A DNA stretch of 63,952 bases, filler included, from Folioceros fuciformis (taxonomy: Eukaryota), in the NCBI GenBank assembly GCA_049999805.1. It is 9 parts of 9 records of this genome, joined end to end, with 100 filler letters (N's around TTAATTAATTAA, not from the genome) between each part and the next. Parts side by side here need not be neighbours in the genome. Positions count along the whole stretch, not along the records: positions 39,715 to 62,531 come from JBNGIO010001107.1; 8 more parts are not named here. The stretch is one strand, 5' to 3'. The notes beneath the pieces were generated by a model. The model did no database searches, was not told the DNA's origin, and worked only from the letters and a program-made list of their open reading frames with translations. The position numbers were made by a program, and so were the translations under genes. Each line of letters opens with the position of its first letter. The stretch's first letter is position 1. Of this stretch, positions 49,301-61,601 are shown piece after piece.

Positions 49301-50234
49301 ACATAAATGAGGAAGTATGAAGTTGTTCTGATTCATGACAACATATATGTACAATTGTACATGTAGTTTGTTACGTTTCTGTCCATACAAGGATTACAAC
49401 CCACATCTCCCACATCTCAAGACGGCGTGGCAAGACTCGAGGAGATTGAGCATACTATAGTCTACACTTTTCAGGTGCTAAAGCAAAACTGGATGATTCA
49501 ACATTGCTCACTATGAAATGGTAGACCTCACATAGAATTCCTAGTGAACTTCAATAGAAACTTCCTGAAATACTGACTCCACTTTCTTTGCATGTTGTGC
49601 AAGGCCTTAGGCATTATCTCCTAGCTCAAACTTCATAGGCCCCGAAGGTCGTATGGATGGTGGACTCACTGCCCATGGCGCTCAAGGTTAGCGGTGACAT
49701 GGGGTTCAAATTTCAACAAGATGCAATCCAATACACAACTTGAAAGGAGAGGAAACAAAATCTCTTCGCAGCACACTCAATTGAGTGCAGTCCACCATCC
49801 AAGCTTGGGACGCTAGCCAACACATGAGATGCAAGCCAAGTTTGTTTTACGACCCTTCTCTACAACTTCCTAACCATGCTTGAAGACCCAACTATCAACC
49901 TACATGATTTGCAATTAATATTTAATTTGAAGGAGAAAAAACTTTAGAAAGGTTGTCACTAAGGCACTCCCAATTCATGGACGACCAGTCTTGCTGCAGA
50001 GTACAATTAGTTGAATAATATTATATATATAAATATTTAATAAAATTATATATAATATTTTTATTAAATATAGCCGTAGGATGGTGAACAAGGAGCGAGA
50101 AGAACGTAGGGTTAAGGGTGCTGTTATGTTAGGTAGTGTGTCGTCCATGCATCCTTGATCCGACCCTAGGTCTAGCTCCTGAATGCGTGATACGCATTGG
50201 AGTTTTGTTGGATCGGCACAGACGTTGTCCCCCC

Positions 50235-51542
50235 ATGGCTGCACAGACTGAGATGGATGCGAACCAGGCAGTGGTGTGGAATGGCAAGCTACCGGAGGAG
50301 ATAGAGGCCAATATCCAGGCTCGGCTGGAGCAGGTGTCGGACCTCATGCGCTCAAGCGCGGTGTGCAAAGCCTGGAGAGCGGCCCTGGCGTCGCCGGTGT
50401 CGTTGCGAGAGGCGTTGGAATGGCGAGTGGGGAGAGCAGGGAGGGAGGAATGTCTGCTGTTCATCGTAGGATTGTGCAACTCCCGCATTGCCTCCTGTTT
50501 CTATACTCCCGCGTCGGGCAAGTGGCACCGGCACCCACTCCCGCCATGGCTGCAAGCTCTGACGCTCGGCCCCGACAGCCCTCAGGGGATGCTGGAGCTC
50601 CCCATGTCTGGAGGGTCTCGATCCACGGGCGGAGGCGTGCTCCTGTCCACCATGTACATGCATGGGGACCAGAAGGTGGTGATCCCGCACCTGGGCAACC
50701 CGGCCGCGCACTCTTGGACCTGCCTGCCGGAGCTCCCGGCTAATCTGCGCCTGGGGCATGTTTTGGGCATTTACGTGGACGCCAGGGCTCGCTCCTTCAA
50801 GCTCGTGGCATTGTACGAGACTCGGTTCTTTTCGCTGACCGAACCCATCCCCACATTCGTCTTCGACTCGGAGCGCGGGACCTGGAGTGTGACAACGTGG
50901 GCCTTGCCCAACAATGAGTCCCTCAACTCCACGATGTCCGATCAGGGAGCGTTTGTGGGCAGTGTGCTCTACTGCGTTGCCGGATACTACAACAGAGGGT
51001 GCAATCTGCTAGCCTACGACCTGGAAGAGGCCAGCTGGAGTTGGATGGACGTGTCCATGCCTTCTGTAGGCCAGCGTATCCAAGTCATCCACTACTACAA
51101 CCTCATCAATCTTCGGGGCCGGCTGCTATGCGTGGTGCTAGGCAAAGACGTGGGGATAATTGCCGGCGATACGATGTTTCTCCAGGTTTGGGAGATGGAC
51201 TTCGAGATCAGGACTTGGAAGGTGGTGGACACCATGCCCGCACCCATGTTGATTGAATTCTTGGGTACACGGCACTGCCCTTGGGGTCCTGCCAGACATC
51301 TTTGCCGCTGCCTGCACCACGTCATCCCGCTCAAGGTGGTGGCTTTGCCCAACTGCCAAGTTTACATAATGAACGACGAAGAGGTGGACAGGATTGTGCA
51401 GCTGGATTTGGGACGAGCTCCTCCGACTTGGAGGTGGTTGCCCTCCTGGCCCTGGAACCACCTTGTGAGAAAGAGCCTTCACTGCGTGAACCCTTGTCTG
51501 GACTTGGGCAGCTGGATTAAGCATGTTGAGAAACATGCATGA
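50235..51542 (+). CDS. F-box protein with kelch-like/beta-propeller C-terminus, intronless
   Basis: WNGKLPEEIEANIQARL...RSSAVCKAW F-box; NPAAHSWTCLP, VFDSERGTW, LLAYDLEEASW repeats. Confidence 0.88.
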   Translation: MAAQTEMDANQAVVWNGKLPEEIEANIQARLEQVSDLMRSSAVCKAWRAALASPVSLREALEWRVGRAGREECLLFIVGLCNSRIASCFYTPASGKWHRHPLPPWLQALTLGPDSPQGMLELPMSGGSRSTGGGVLLSTMYMHGDQKVVIPHLGNPAAHSWTCLPELPANLRLGHVLGIYVDARARSFKLVALYETRFFSLTEPIPTFVFDSERGTWSVTTWALPNNESLNSTMSDQGAFVGSVLYCVAGYYNRGCNLLAYDLEEASWSWMDVSMPSVGQRIQVIHYYNLINLRGRLLCVVLGKDVGIIAGDTMFLQVWEMDFEIRTWKVVDTMPAPMLIEFLGTRHCPWGPARHLCRCLHHVIPLKVVALPNCQVYIMNDEEVDRIVQLDLGRAPPTWRWLPSWPWNHLVRKSLHCVNPCLDLGSWIKHVEKHA

Positions 51543-52129
51543 TTTCCAGCCTCCACACGGCATACAACCACTCCCTGCTTGATTGCATATACAAGTTGTG
51601 GACAGAATCGATTCTAATGAAAAGCAGCAGCATCCTGGTGGGCAGTTCCTTCCCTCTCTTCTGATATGGCACATTTCCACAGTGCTGAGTGTGAGAACGA
51701 GAATGGTGCTCAAGATGATTTGGCAGGACTGCGCCGTTGTTCTATGCAGCTATTAAGGAAATAAGATTGCTAGGGTGAGGACAACCAGACGGGGAGCTAC
51801 TTTACTCAGAAAAGTGCTCTGCAAGAATATCCACTAGTCTCTAATTATCAATGTTCTTGTTGCTCTTGCTAGTATTTTCCCTGTAGGTGGTTTCCCGCCT
51901 TGGAACTTGCGCGAGGGAGTGCAGCGCGTATACTTTGTGATTGCACAGACCTCTTGGCTCATCTTCTAGTACAATTTGTCAGTCAATTTTTGTGATCGCG
52001 ATTATACTGTGAGGTTAGAAATGTTATGGACCAGCAGCACAACACTAAGTGTCATTCTGATGCACACTCGCTTGGCATTCCGCTGATGCGCCAGTCCTGA
52101 TATTTCAACTCACTCCTTGCTTTTGAGAG

Positions 52130-54560
52130 ATGGAGGCCGGCGCCACAGTGGAAGACTGTCCACGGGCCTACATTACCCATGGACGTGGGTGCAAAAGCTC
52201 GGATCATGTGACTCCGGTGTGCATCTTCCAATCCAGCATCTTTTCCATCCTTTCTGATCTAATATATTTCTTCAAGAAACCGGGCTGGGTGCATCTGAGT
52301 TTGCCAATCACATTCTGGATACATGTTTGACGGGACGTACGTTGGGAGCGTTCCTTCTGAATGCCTGAGCGAGCGACGTAGTGATGGCGATTCCATTGAG
52401 GTCGTCCAATATGAAAGCCATGGCGGTGCTAGAGGCATGTGTGGTTGAGAGGGATCTCGTTTTGGGTTCCCGGATGCATGCTTTACTGTGAGAAACAGGT
52501 ACCACTCCGACACGTTCCTGCTGTGCTTCCTCATCTCGCGACTGTATGCTTCTCATGGCAGGTTGCAGAAGGCGAGCTCGAGGGTTCTGTTTGAGCCAGT
52601 GGTCTCCAATCCAGATGCATCGATTCACGAGGGCAGCCATCATCATCTGCGCATGTTAAGGCAGATCAGGTAGCAGAACTGTATCGCGGGATGCGTAGGT
52701 GCAGTGTGGAGCCAGATGGGCATGTATATATTTGTAGGCTGCCCTCTTGCTGGATCTCGCCTCTGACTTAAAAGCACGCGAAGGGAGCAGATCTCAACAG
52801 GTTGGAGCAATTCACCCAAGACGGTTCTGAAAGGCATGTCCAGTGATGGTGGCGACGTTCTTCATGGGGAAACTGGCTGGATTTTGTACTTCCGATTTCC
52901 CAACACCAGGAGAACGACGAACGGTATGAGAACGAAGAAAGAGTCCTCACATGCTGAGTTCTATCATGCATAGGTTAGATGCGGAAGAAAGGAATGGCTC
53001 AGTCTGCCTGGGATTCACCTTCTAGCCATTTCGTCTTTGTCCGAGTAAGAACAGTGTGTAACAAGAGTCATTCCTTTCCGATGTGTCAAATATGGATGGC
53101 ACAAAGCTTGGATTGCACTTCACTGCCGAGAGTAAGAGAACGGTGTGATGTTGGAGTCAATCCTTGAAGTGATGTTGAGAGAGAGAGATAGTGAGAGTGG
53201 GCAGGATAATTGGGAGAGGGCATCCGGCGAGTGGAGTACAGGCAGAGATGGGCTCATCATCAGGGAGGCCGGCCCAGCATCCAATGCTTTTTGAGAATTG
53301 ATCAGCACGGCTGGTTGTTAGTGCTGGATGGTGCTCCCGAACGAGACTTCAGGGGCAGCTGTTTGGGAAAGCTGGCTAGGCACCTGCCAAAACAGCTAAA
53401 TTTGTACAACTGTTTAAGAGAACCTTCTCATTCACTCTGGGCACCCAGGTGCGGCTCTATGTGGTGCAGAACTACAAGGTGCCCAACCTGAAGACCTTCT
53501 TAAACAAGGGGATTGTGATTGCTGAAATTGTGAATTAAAAGAGAATTACCGCAAGTCGCACGATGACTGAGGTGCAAGCTAGCCGGGGGGCTGGGACGCT
53601 CAGCTCCGGGGTGAGGCTGCCTAAGCATATACAAATGGTGCGGGGTGTGTTTTGCAGGGGAGTGTGATGGGGTCTGCGCTTGCTGGCATGTTGGATTACG
53701 GTTGGGGGAGCTAGATGTAAGACTTCGACGTTGTGGGCTGTTGGAATAGACTGACGTTGAGTGAAGATGGAGGAATGACCGTTTGGTGGACTTGGTCACA
53801 AAGATGTGGTCACGTGGTCTGCAATGAGAGCAACACAAGGGCCAGGAAGCACCTTGTCCGTATGCCCATAGTATGCAGGACGAAGGCATGGCTGTACCCA
53901 GTGCAGTGACATTTGTTTACCTTCAATTCAGGCATGTGTTAGTGTCGGGCGCTTGGCCTTGCAGAAGGGGAATCACCTGCGTACACAGATTACGAAACGA
54001 GGACACGAAGCTGATGTGTATTTAGGCAGCAGCTTGGTGAACATGTATCCAAAGTGCGACACCTTGGAGATGCTCAGGAACCATTTGACGCATTTGGCAA
54101 ATTTTCAGAAAAATCGGGACTTGCACGGGTAAGAAATCCCTTCTGTATGCCTACCGTCTCGTGTCCATGGTGTAGAAGCAGCTAGATAGCTTGTCCTGCC
54201 TTTCTAGTTTCTGCATGCATGTGTCATATGTATTCACTCCACTGGATTAATTGTATCCATCCCCTTATTGTAAGGATATCTTCACATTCTAGCAATTTAA
54301 AGATGCTGCAACGCATGTGTTTTTGTCCACGATACACAGACAGGAGTGGCCAAATGTACATGGGAACAGGCAGAGAAGATACAGGCGAGGAGAAAAAGAT
54401 CAGAGCATAGAAGCAGCCAGGTGGACACACACGGAGGGCCTGGTGCATGGATAGCTTTTCGGTTGGGGATGAGGGTCAAGCATGCCCAGAGTCCAACACG
54501 ACTGAAGCAGGAAGTTTCCAGGGCCAAGAGAGAATGTCATGGACCACAGCTGGACTGGTC
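52130..54560 (+). pseudogene. PLS-PPR pseudogene, paralog of 56538-59648 (pieces 52130-52760, 53770-54090, 54340-54560)
   Basis: MEAGATVEDCPRA vs MVVGSATVEPCRA; RLYASHGRL; KDVVTWSAM; GSSLVNMYPKC; QARRKKIRA*KQPG..WTHTEGLVH; indels, stops and unrelated inserts. Confidence 0.85.
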
Positions 54561-54584
54561 ACAGGCCCGTGAACAAACCTGATA

Positions 54585-55060
54585 ACCGGCCGGGTGGTTC
54601 ATGCGCAGGAGGCATGATATGCATGAGATTCCAGGTTCCAGGGTTCAGGAGGAGCAGGTAGACACTCCAGGTAGTGCTCCTGCTGATCGCTGCATCACGG
54701 GGGCCGTGCATGCGGTGGCCATGGGTTGTGGGGTACAGTCTGGGCTTTTGGCAACACAGCAAACAAATAGCCATGCTTACCTGCTGGTAATGTAATTCGT
54801 GTACACACGTGGTATAGCAACCTGCAGCCTAGCAAACAGTGCAGCCAGGGATATTTGTGGGTCCACCGAGTCCCTGGAATGTTTCAAGTGGTTGCCAAAC
54901 CATATTGCTTCAAGTGGTCGGCCATCATTTGTGGGCAAGTTAAACATCTATGGAAGGGTGCTTCCAGGGCACAGAGCTGTAACCTGGATGCAGGGGTGTG
55001 CTCGAAGTCTGTGTTTGTTGCATCCCTTCAGGTTTGTGCAAGGGGATCAGACCTAAAGTC
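54585..55060 (+). pseudogene. PPR 5' fragment
   Basis: FQVVAKPYCFKWSAIICGQVK, VFVASLQVCARGSDL. Confidence 0.7.
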
Positions 55061-55099
55061 TGGACAGTAGGTGTCACCCACACGTCACCTGCTCTGATT

Positions 55100-56125
55100 G
55101 AAGTAGGAAGGGTATCAAACTCACATGCTTTTAACCAGTTGGGAGTTATCTATGGGCGGGTGGGACCATTTTGCATAGCAACGTGCATTCAGCCTCACTT
55201 TATAATCACTGATCTACTTATCAACTCCCCTTACGATGTAGCAAAGTGCAACATCATTTGCACGTACATCTTCGGTGGAGGAACACACATGCCACATACG
55301 TTTAACCATACAACACCCTTTGATTGATCACCCTTACAATGTATCATTGCAGGAAATTTCATGAGCCGTAAGCCATTGCATCTAAGGAGGGCATGCAAGA
55401 TGGGACCCAAACTAAGAGCCACTCAGCTTGATAGCTTTCTCTCAGGCATAACAGATGGCGTGTGGACAAGATCCATAAATCGTGACGAAGGGATTGCTGT
55501 TTTCATGCTCTGCTCACAATATCCTGCAATCAAGGTAGCCTACGTCACTATATTCTCTTCACGGAGTCCGTCACAAGCATGGTGAGCATCCTCCACACTT
55601 GCACACTTCGTATACATGTCCGCCAAGCCACTAGAAACAAACAGGCCACGCTCAAACCATTGGACAAGGACACTAATAGAAAGTGCTGCCCAAGTCTGGT
55701 GGGATGTGCACGAACCTGAACTTGGGCGGCCACACACAACAGACCATCAGACCTCACACTGGACCTCGGCAGCTGATGACGACGATCTATCGCCCCCTTT
55801 ACGTGTCCACTTTCAACGTGCGCGGAGATGATGACAGACCACGTGAAGGCATCTGGTTCGGAAACCACTTGAAACACTCCATCACTCGAGCATCTGTGTT
55901 CAACCAACAATCCTCATGGACAAGCTCGCGTGGTTGTCATGCTGCAGGTTGCGGTGGACACACGGCATACCCACACTACTTTTTTGCTTTCTGCCAATAC
56001 TCGTTACCCCACACCCATGTCCAACGGATGCAAGTTCCGAGCTCATCACGAGCACTAACTGCATTTTCATGCCTTTTCCTCCTGAACCCTGAACCATGGA
56101 ATCTCACGCATTAACCACCCGACGC
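55100..56125 (-). pseudogene. PPR 5' fragment, inverted counterpart of 54585-55060
   Basis: FQVVSEPDAFTWSVIISAHV, GLFVSSGLADMYTKCASVEDA, LIAGYCEQS. Confidence 0.78.
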
Positions 56126-56537
56126 AGACACAAGTGTGATCTGCCTTGTGATCTCTCCCGTGGCATGCCGCCAGGTCTAATATTCAGCAGATCCTCAAAA
56201 GCTATGAAAATTCAACGTGAAGTGTAACATGCAGGGTAAAGTGCCTACCTCAGCAGTCATCACCAGCAGTCCCAATCGCATTCCCAGAGAGGATAGCTGG
56301 ATTCTCTGCTGCCGTGCCCCGCCCACTTACTTCTCCTTGGCAACATAGCAATCAACACAGCTCTGCAAATTCATTCCACATCAACGTGAGCCAATTGTTT
56401 AGAGAGGCATATTTGTGCGGCTACAATCAGAAGCTAGACATCGGCTCGTGGACCTTCTCTCTGTATGATCAGGTCTAGAACCGAGGAGTTCAGCTCTTGT
56501 CCATATCATCCCCTCTTGGTTCTGCAAAATACCTGCT

Positions 56538-59500
56538 TCAGAAGTGCTGGACCTTAAAGGAATCCTGCCTCTCATCCCCAACCAAAAAGCTATGCACCAG
56601 ACCCTCCGTGTCTGTCCACCAGGTCTGACCTGGCTGCTTCCATGCTCTGATCCCTTTTCTCCTCGCCTGCATCTCCTCAGCGTGATTCCACATCTGGACC
56701 GCTGTGTATATGTTGGACATCAACACATATGTTGCAGCTTCTTTCCCCCCTAGCTTCACTGATTCGTTGAAAGCAAGAAGCCCCACCTTGACATTGCCCC
56801 ATTTTCGACAAGCACCCAACAGAGTGTGCCAAACTGCAGCAGAGGGCGGTACAGGCATGGATCTCACCAAAGCTAGTGCCTCATCCAGCTGACCGGCACG
56901 GCCCAGGACATCCACCATGCATACGTAGTGGTCTGCCGTGGGAGCGAAGCCATAGTCTCTACTCATGGCCCCAAAAAACTCCCACGCCTTCATCACTAGA
57001 CCAGCATGACTGCACACCGTCAGTACACTAAGGAAAGTGACCCCATTTGGTTGTATGGAATCCTCTCTCATTCTGTAGACCAAGTCCAGAACCACTTCAC
57101 TCTCTCCTTGGGCACTGTAGCCTGTGATCAGTGCACTCCAGGTGATGACATTCCTTTCAGGCAATTCATCGAACACCTTCTGTGCATCGCCCATGCTGCA
57201 GCACTTCCCGTACATGCTAATCAAACTGCTCGCTATACACAAGTCACCTTCTAGCCCTAGTTCTACTATCTGTGCATGCAGCTGCCTTCCCAAATGCAAA
57301 GCTGCCACGTTTGCACATGCCTGGAGGAGGCAGCCAAATGTCACAGAATCGGGTAAAGGCATGCCATCTTGCTGCATAGCACGGTAGACATGAAGGGCTT
57401 CCTGGCCCATGCCCTTCTGGGAATACCCTGCTATCATGGCAGTCCAGGCCCCCACAGTTTTTTCGCCAAGTCTGTCAAACACTTTCTGAGCATCTTCCAA
57501 GCTCCCACACTTTGCATACATGTTCACCAAGCTGCTGGCTACATACACATCAGCTTCGTGCTCTTGTTTTCTAATGTGTGCATGCAGGAGTTTTCCCTGT
57601 TGCAACGCTGGGTTGCCCACACTTGCACATGCCTGCAGAAGGGACACAAATGTCACTGCGCTGGGCACAACCGTGCCTTCTTCCTGCATTGCACTGTACA
57701 GATAAAATGCGTCGTGCACCCTGCCCTGCTGACAATACGCTGCTATCATGGCAGACCAAGTGACCACATCTTTGTGAACAAGTGCGTCAAACACTCTCCG
57801 CGCATCTTCCACGCTGCCACATTTTGAATACATGTTCACCAAACTGTTGGCCACAACACCATCACCTTCAACCTCACGTTCTCTGATCTGTGCATGAAGA
57901 CTTCTCCCTTTCTCCAATGCCTGGGTCCCCATACTTGCACAAGCATGCAGGAGGCACACAAATGTCACAGAATTGGGTGCAGACATGCCTTGTCGTTGCA
58001 TAACACTGTAGAGCTGAAGGGCTTCCTGCCCCATACCATGCTGGGAGTACCCTGATATCAACGCATTCCATGTCACCACATTTTTTCGAACAAGTCTGTC
58101 AAAGACTCCCTGAGCGTCATCCAAACTTCCACACTTTGCATACATGTTCACAAGACTGCTGCCTACAAATACATCAGCTTCAAGAGCTCGTTCCCGAATA
58201 TCCTCATGCAGCTGCTTCCCCTTCTCCAGGCCTGCAGTGCCCAAACTTGCGCATGCCTGCAAGAGGCACACAAATATCATGGAATCAGGTACAGACCTGC
58301 CGTCTTCTTGCATGGCCCTGTAGAGATGAAGCGCCTCGTGACCCATGCCCTGCTGGGAATACCCTGCTATCATGGCATTCCATGTCACCACATCCTTCCG
58401 ACCAAGCCCATCGAAAACTGTCTTGGCATCCTCTAAGCTGCCACACTTTGCATACATACTCACCAAACTGTTGGCTACAATAACATGAGATTCATATCCC
58501 CGTTCCCTCAGCTGTGCGTGAAGGTGCTTCCCCTTTTCCAACGCCTGGGTGCTCACACTTGCACACGCCTGAAGGAGGCACAAGAACGTCACAGAATCGG
58601 GTGCTACGATGCCTTCAAATTGCATAGCACTGTAGATGGAAAGAGCCTCATCCCCCCTTCCCCATTGGGCAAACCCACCTATCATGGTATTCCAAGTCAC
58701 CACATCTTTGCGGGCAAGTCCGTCGAAAACTCTCTGAGCATCCTCTAGCCTACCACACTTCGCGTACATGTCCACCAGGCAATTACTGACGAACAAGTCA
58801 GGCTGCAGCCCAGTGGACAAAACGTGAGCATGCACCTGCTGGCCCGAGCCCAGGTCTCCGGCCCTGGCACAAGCCTGAAGGGCAGCCACGAATACGTGCC
58901 CGTCTGGCTTCACCCCGGACCTCTGCATCCGATGATACAGCTCTACGGCCTGCTTGTCCTGCCCCTGTTTGACATGGGCAGAGATGATGGCAGCCCACGT
59001 GAAGGCATCTGGCTTAGAAACCAGTTCAAACACATTCCTCGCGTCATGCAACCTGCCGTGCGAAGCATACATTCGCAGAACATGGAATCCCAGGACAGTG
59101 TCTGACTGGTACCCGTTTCTCACAGTGAAATCATGCACTCGGCTACCCAGAACAAGATCCCCCTTCACCACACATTTCTTCAGCACAGTGTAGAAGAGAG
59201 ATTTGGGAATCCGACAGTCCGTGTGCACCAGAGCTTCCAGAGCCTGGACGGCCTCACTGAGATCGCCATCATGGCATAGCCTACTTACACATTCAACAGA
59301 AATGCCCCCGTCGTCACGTGCAAGACCACTACCCATTCCCCGCATGCGCACATCAACAGCTGAAGCATTCGCCCGAGGTGGCTGGTGCAATTCGTTTAAC
59401 CAGGGGACATCCTGGGTCTGCGTATTCCAGCCAGGACATCCCGCTGGACGGGCTGCTGGCTCGCTTACCCAGGTGCTACGACCCCCGAGTCCCACTGCCA

Positions 59501-59648
59501 ACAGTGGATTCCCTGAAGTCAGCCGAGCTGCTGGGCTTCTGCCTGCAATGCCCGTCAATCCACAGCCTTGTTTGGTGCACAAAGGCTGTCCCAACAGCGT
59601 GTCTCTTTGCGCTCTGCATGGCTCGACTGTGGCACTCCCAACAACCAT
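56538..59648 (-). CDS. PLS-class PPR protein with E domains and truncated WW-type PG box; 1036 aa, intronless
   Basis: Regular PLS triplets; C-terminus WKQPGQTWWTDTEGLVHSFLVGDERQDSFKVQHF*; no deaminase motifs. Confidence 0.95.
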   Translation of the reverse strand: MVVGSATVEPCRAQRDTLLGQPLCTKQGCGLTGIAGRSPAARLTSGNPLLAVGLGGRSTWVSEPAARPAGCPGWNTQTQDVPWLNELHQPPRANASAVDVRMRGMGSGLARDDGGISVECVSRLCHDGDLSEAVQALEALVHTDCRIPKSLFYTVLKKCVVKGDLVLGSRVHDFTVRNGYQSDTVLGFHVLRMYASHGRLHDARNVFELVSKPDAFTWAAIISAHVKQGQDKQAVELYHRMQRSGVKPDGHVFVAALQACARAGDLGSGQQVHAHVLSTGLQPDLFVSNCLVDMYAKCGRLEDAQRVFDGLARKDVVTWNTMIGGFAQWGRGDEALSIYSAMQFEGIVAPDSVTFLCLLQACASVSTQALEKGKHLHAQLRERGYESHVIVANSLVSMYAKCGSLEDAKTVFDGLGRKDVVTWNAMIAGYSQQGMGHEALHLYRAMQEDGRSVPDSMIFVCLLQACASLGTAGLEKGKQLHEDIRERALEADVFVGSSLVNMYAKCGSLDDAQGVFDRLVRKNVVTWNALISGYSQHGMGQEALQLYSVMQRQGMSAPNSVTFVCLLHACASMGTQALEKGRSLHAQIREREVEGDGVVANSLVNMYSKCGSVEDARRVFDALVHKDVVTWSAMIAAYCQQGRVHDAFYLYSAMQEEGTVVPSAVTFVSLLQACASVGNPALQQGKLLHAHIRKQEHEADVYVASSLVNMYAKCGSLEDAQKVFDRLGEKTVGAWTAMIAGYSQKGMGQEALHVYRAMQQDGMPLPDSVTFGCLLQACANVAALHLGRQLHAQIVELGLEGDLCIASSLISMYGKCCSMGDAQKVFDELPERNVITWSALITGYSAQGESEVVLDLVYRMREDSIQPNGVTFLSVLTVCSHAGLVMKAWEFFGAMSRDYGFAPTADHYVCMVDVLGRAGQLDEALALVRSMPVPPSAAVWHTLLGACRKWGNVKVGLLAFNESVKLGGKEAATYVLMSNIYTAVQMWNHAEEMQARRKGIRAWKQPGQTWWTDTEGLVHSFLVGDERQDSFKVQHF

Positions 59649-61601
59649 GGTCCGCAGGAACAGGAGATGTGTCCGTCTGACCGGACTCGTGCATCCTTCC
59701 TTGACAGAAATTCGATTGCAGGGGCAATATTCATGGGTTTCCTTCGTCTAACACTTACGAGATGGAATATTCCAGACGAGCCCCACGTATGTCTTGAGTA
59801 GACACATCTGACATGTTCTCTTCTTCCCATGCATGACCTATCCAGCATTGGCGGTGGAAAGCACAAGTCTCCCTTCCCACTCTCCGTCACGTGCGGGTGT
59901 TCTGGAAACTCAGCCAAATAAGGTTATCATAGCCATGATCACGCTACCGGTAAGAGAAAGGCTAACTCCTACCCGTGGAGTTTAGAGTCTTCTGGTTAGG
60001 GTTCAGGACTTCGGACCACCACGATCAACGACTGGACGTCGTAGTGCCCCCATGCGTCAGGGCCATTCAACATGGCATGGTGCTTCAACACACTTCAGAG
60101 CACTCAAAGAACCGGTGTGAAACGGTGCTCGATCAGAGAACGATGCTGATTCCCGTCATTCCGATCAGGAAGGGAACTATCGTTGAGGTGCAAGGTCAAG
60201 AAGCTTGCAGGGTGGCAATCCTTTGTGAATTCGACCTAACGTGCATCAACTCCAAGGACTAGTTTATTCGAGCGGATCCACATCTACAAAGTATTTCCTT
60301 TTCTTGTTTTTTCCTACTTTGGTAGGGAAACTTGTGAGTCTTGGAGAAACGCCGTGGAGCGCATCTACCTCCAGCAAGGTTCCCTCGTCTCCGCCTCGTG
60401 TAATCCACAATCAGGGCAAGCATGTCCGTACTGCGAAGATATTTCCGGAGACACATGTTTTCTGATGTTGCTGCTGTGAAGAAAGCCGAGGGGAAGAATG
60501 AAATACTTTTTGTCACTCGTCTTCAGTCCAAGCTTCCCTTCCGTGCGCATTTTGTGGCCAGTTTAGCGCTGGCGTCGCGTCACTACACAAGTGGCCTGAG
60601 TATGGAATTCACCAAGTTGATGAAGTCCGGCTTGCTGTTGTCTAAAGTCCGGCAGGATCCACATTTGTAAGTACATACATACACTGTAGTGCTGCAGGGC
60701 TAGGCTCCTGGACACCTAATCCTGGCAGGAGCACAAAGTGGAGCCAGCAGCGGGCAGCCACCTCGAAGCCGCAGGTGCCTGATGAAAAGCAACTCTAGAG
60801 CCACGATTTTGTCTCGTTCCCCGTTGCATGACGTATGCATCATGCATAATACAACCAGTATGTACAACAGTACTTTGCGCCATATTAAAAGCCTTTTTAT
60901 TACAAAACGAAAACAGAGAACATGGGTAGTGTCCAAAGTCCAGATTTGATCTAGGTACCACAGGTACATCGAGATAGAGATGCCTACCTACCTATATCCT
61001 AAGTATGTAGATAGGGCGGACTGAGTCTCATCTCTTCTTCCGCAGCAAGAGCAAGCTTACGGGTGGCTTAAGTTTATATCACCAATATTTATATTAAAAA
61101 AAAAAGACTGGAGGGGCGAGACGATACCGTATCGTATCGTATCGTATCGGCAACCAGCGGGCGGGACGGGGGACGGGGGACGGAGACCCAGTCCACCCAG
61201 ACAAAGGAGCAGCAGTCTCTCTAGAGATAAGCAGATAAAAGGGAGTTGCAACTGCTGCATCCTATCAGGCAGGCTTCACGGGGAGTGGATCAAGTCAGAA
61301 AGAAAAACGAAAAAGAAAGACATTTAAAAGAAGGCAAGCGAACGTGAAGAGCTCCCAGAGAGAAGGGAGAGGAGAGGAGACGAGGATGAGCACCGGGACA
61401 TTTCGCGCCAAGTCGTTAAATACGTATGTGCAGAGTCCTAGCTATGAAAACAGAAAAAAAACAGGAGGCAGGAGACACGGACGTTCTCCGGTGTCCCGTC
61501 CCGTGCCGTGCCGTGGACGAGAGACCGGGAACCGGCGGGAGGAGGTGAAGGGTCGGAGCTAGTTGGGGAAATTTGGTGGTCGGTGAGGGAGGAAGTGGCA
61601 A

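Noticed and set aside
59975-60670. Short ORFs upstream of PPR 2
   Set aside because: Interrupted by stops, no identifiable family.
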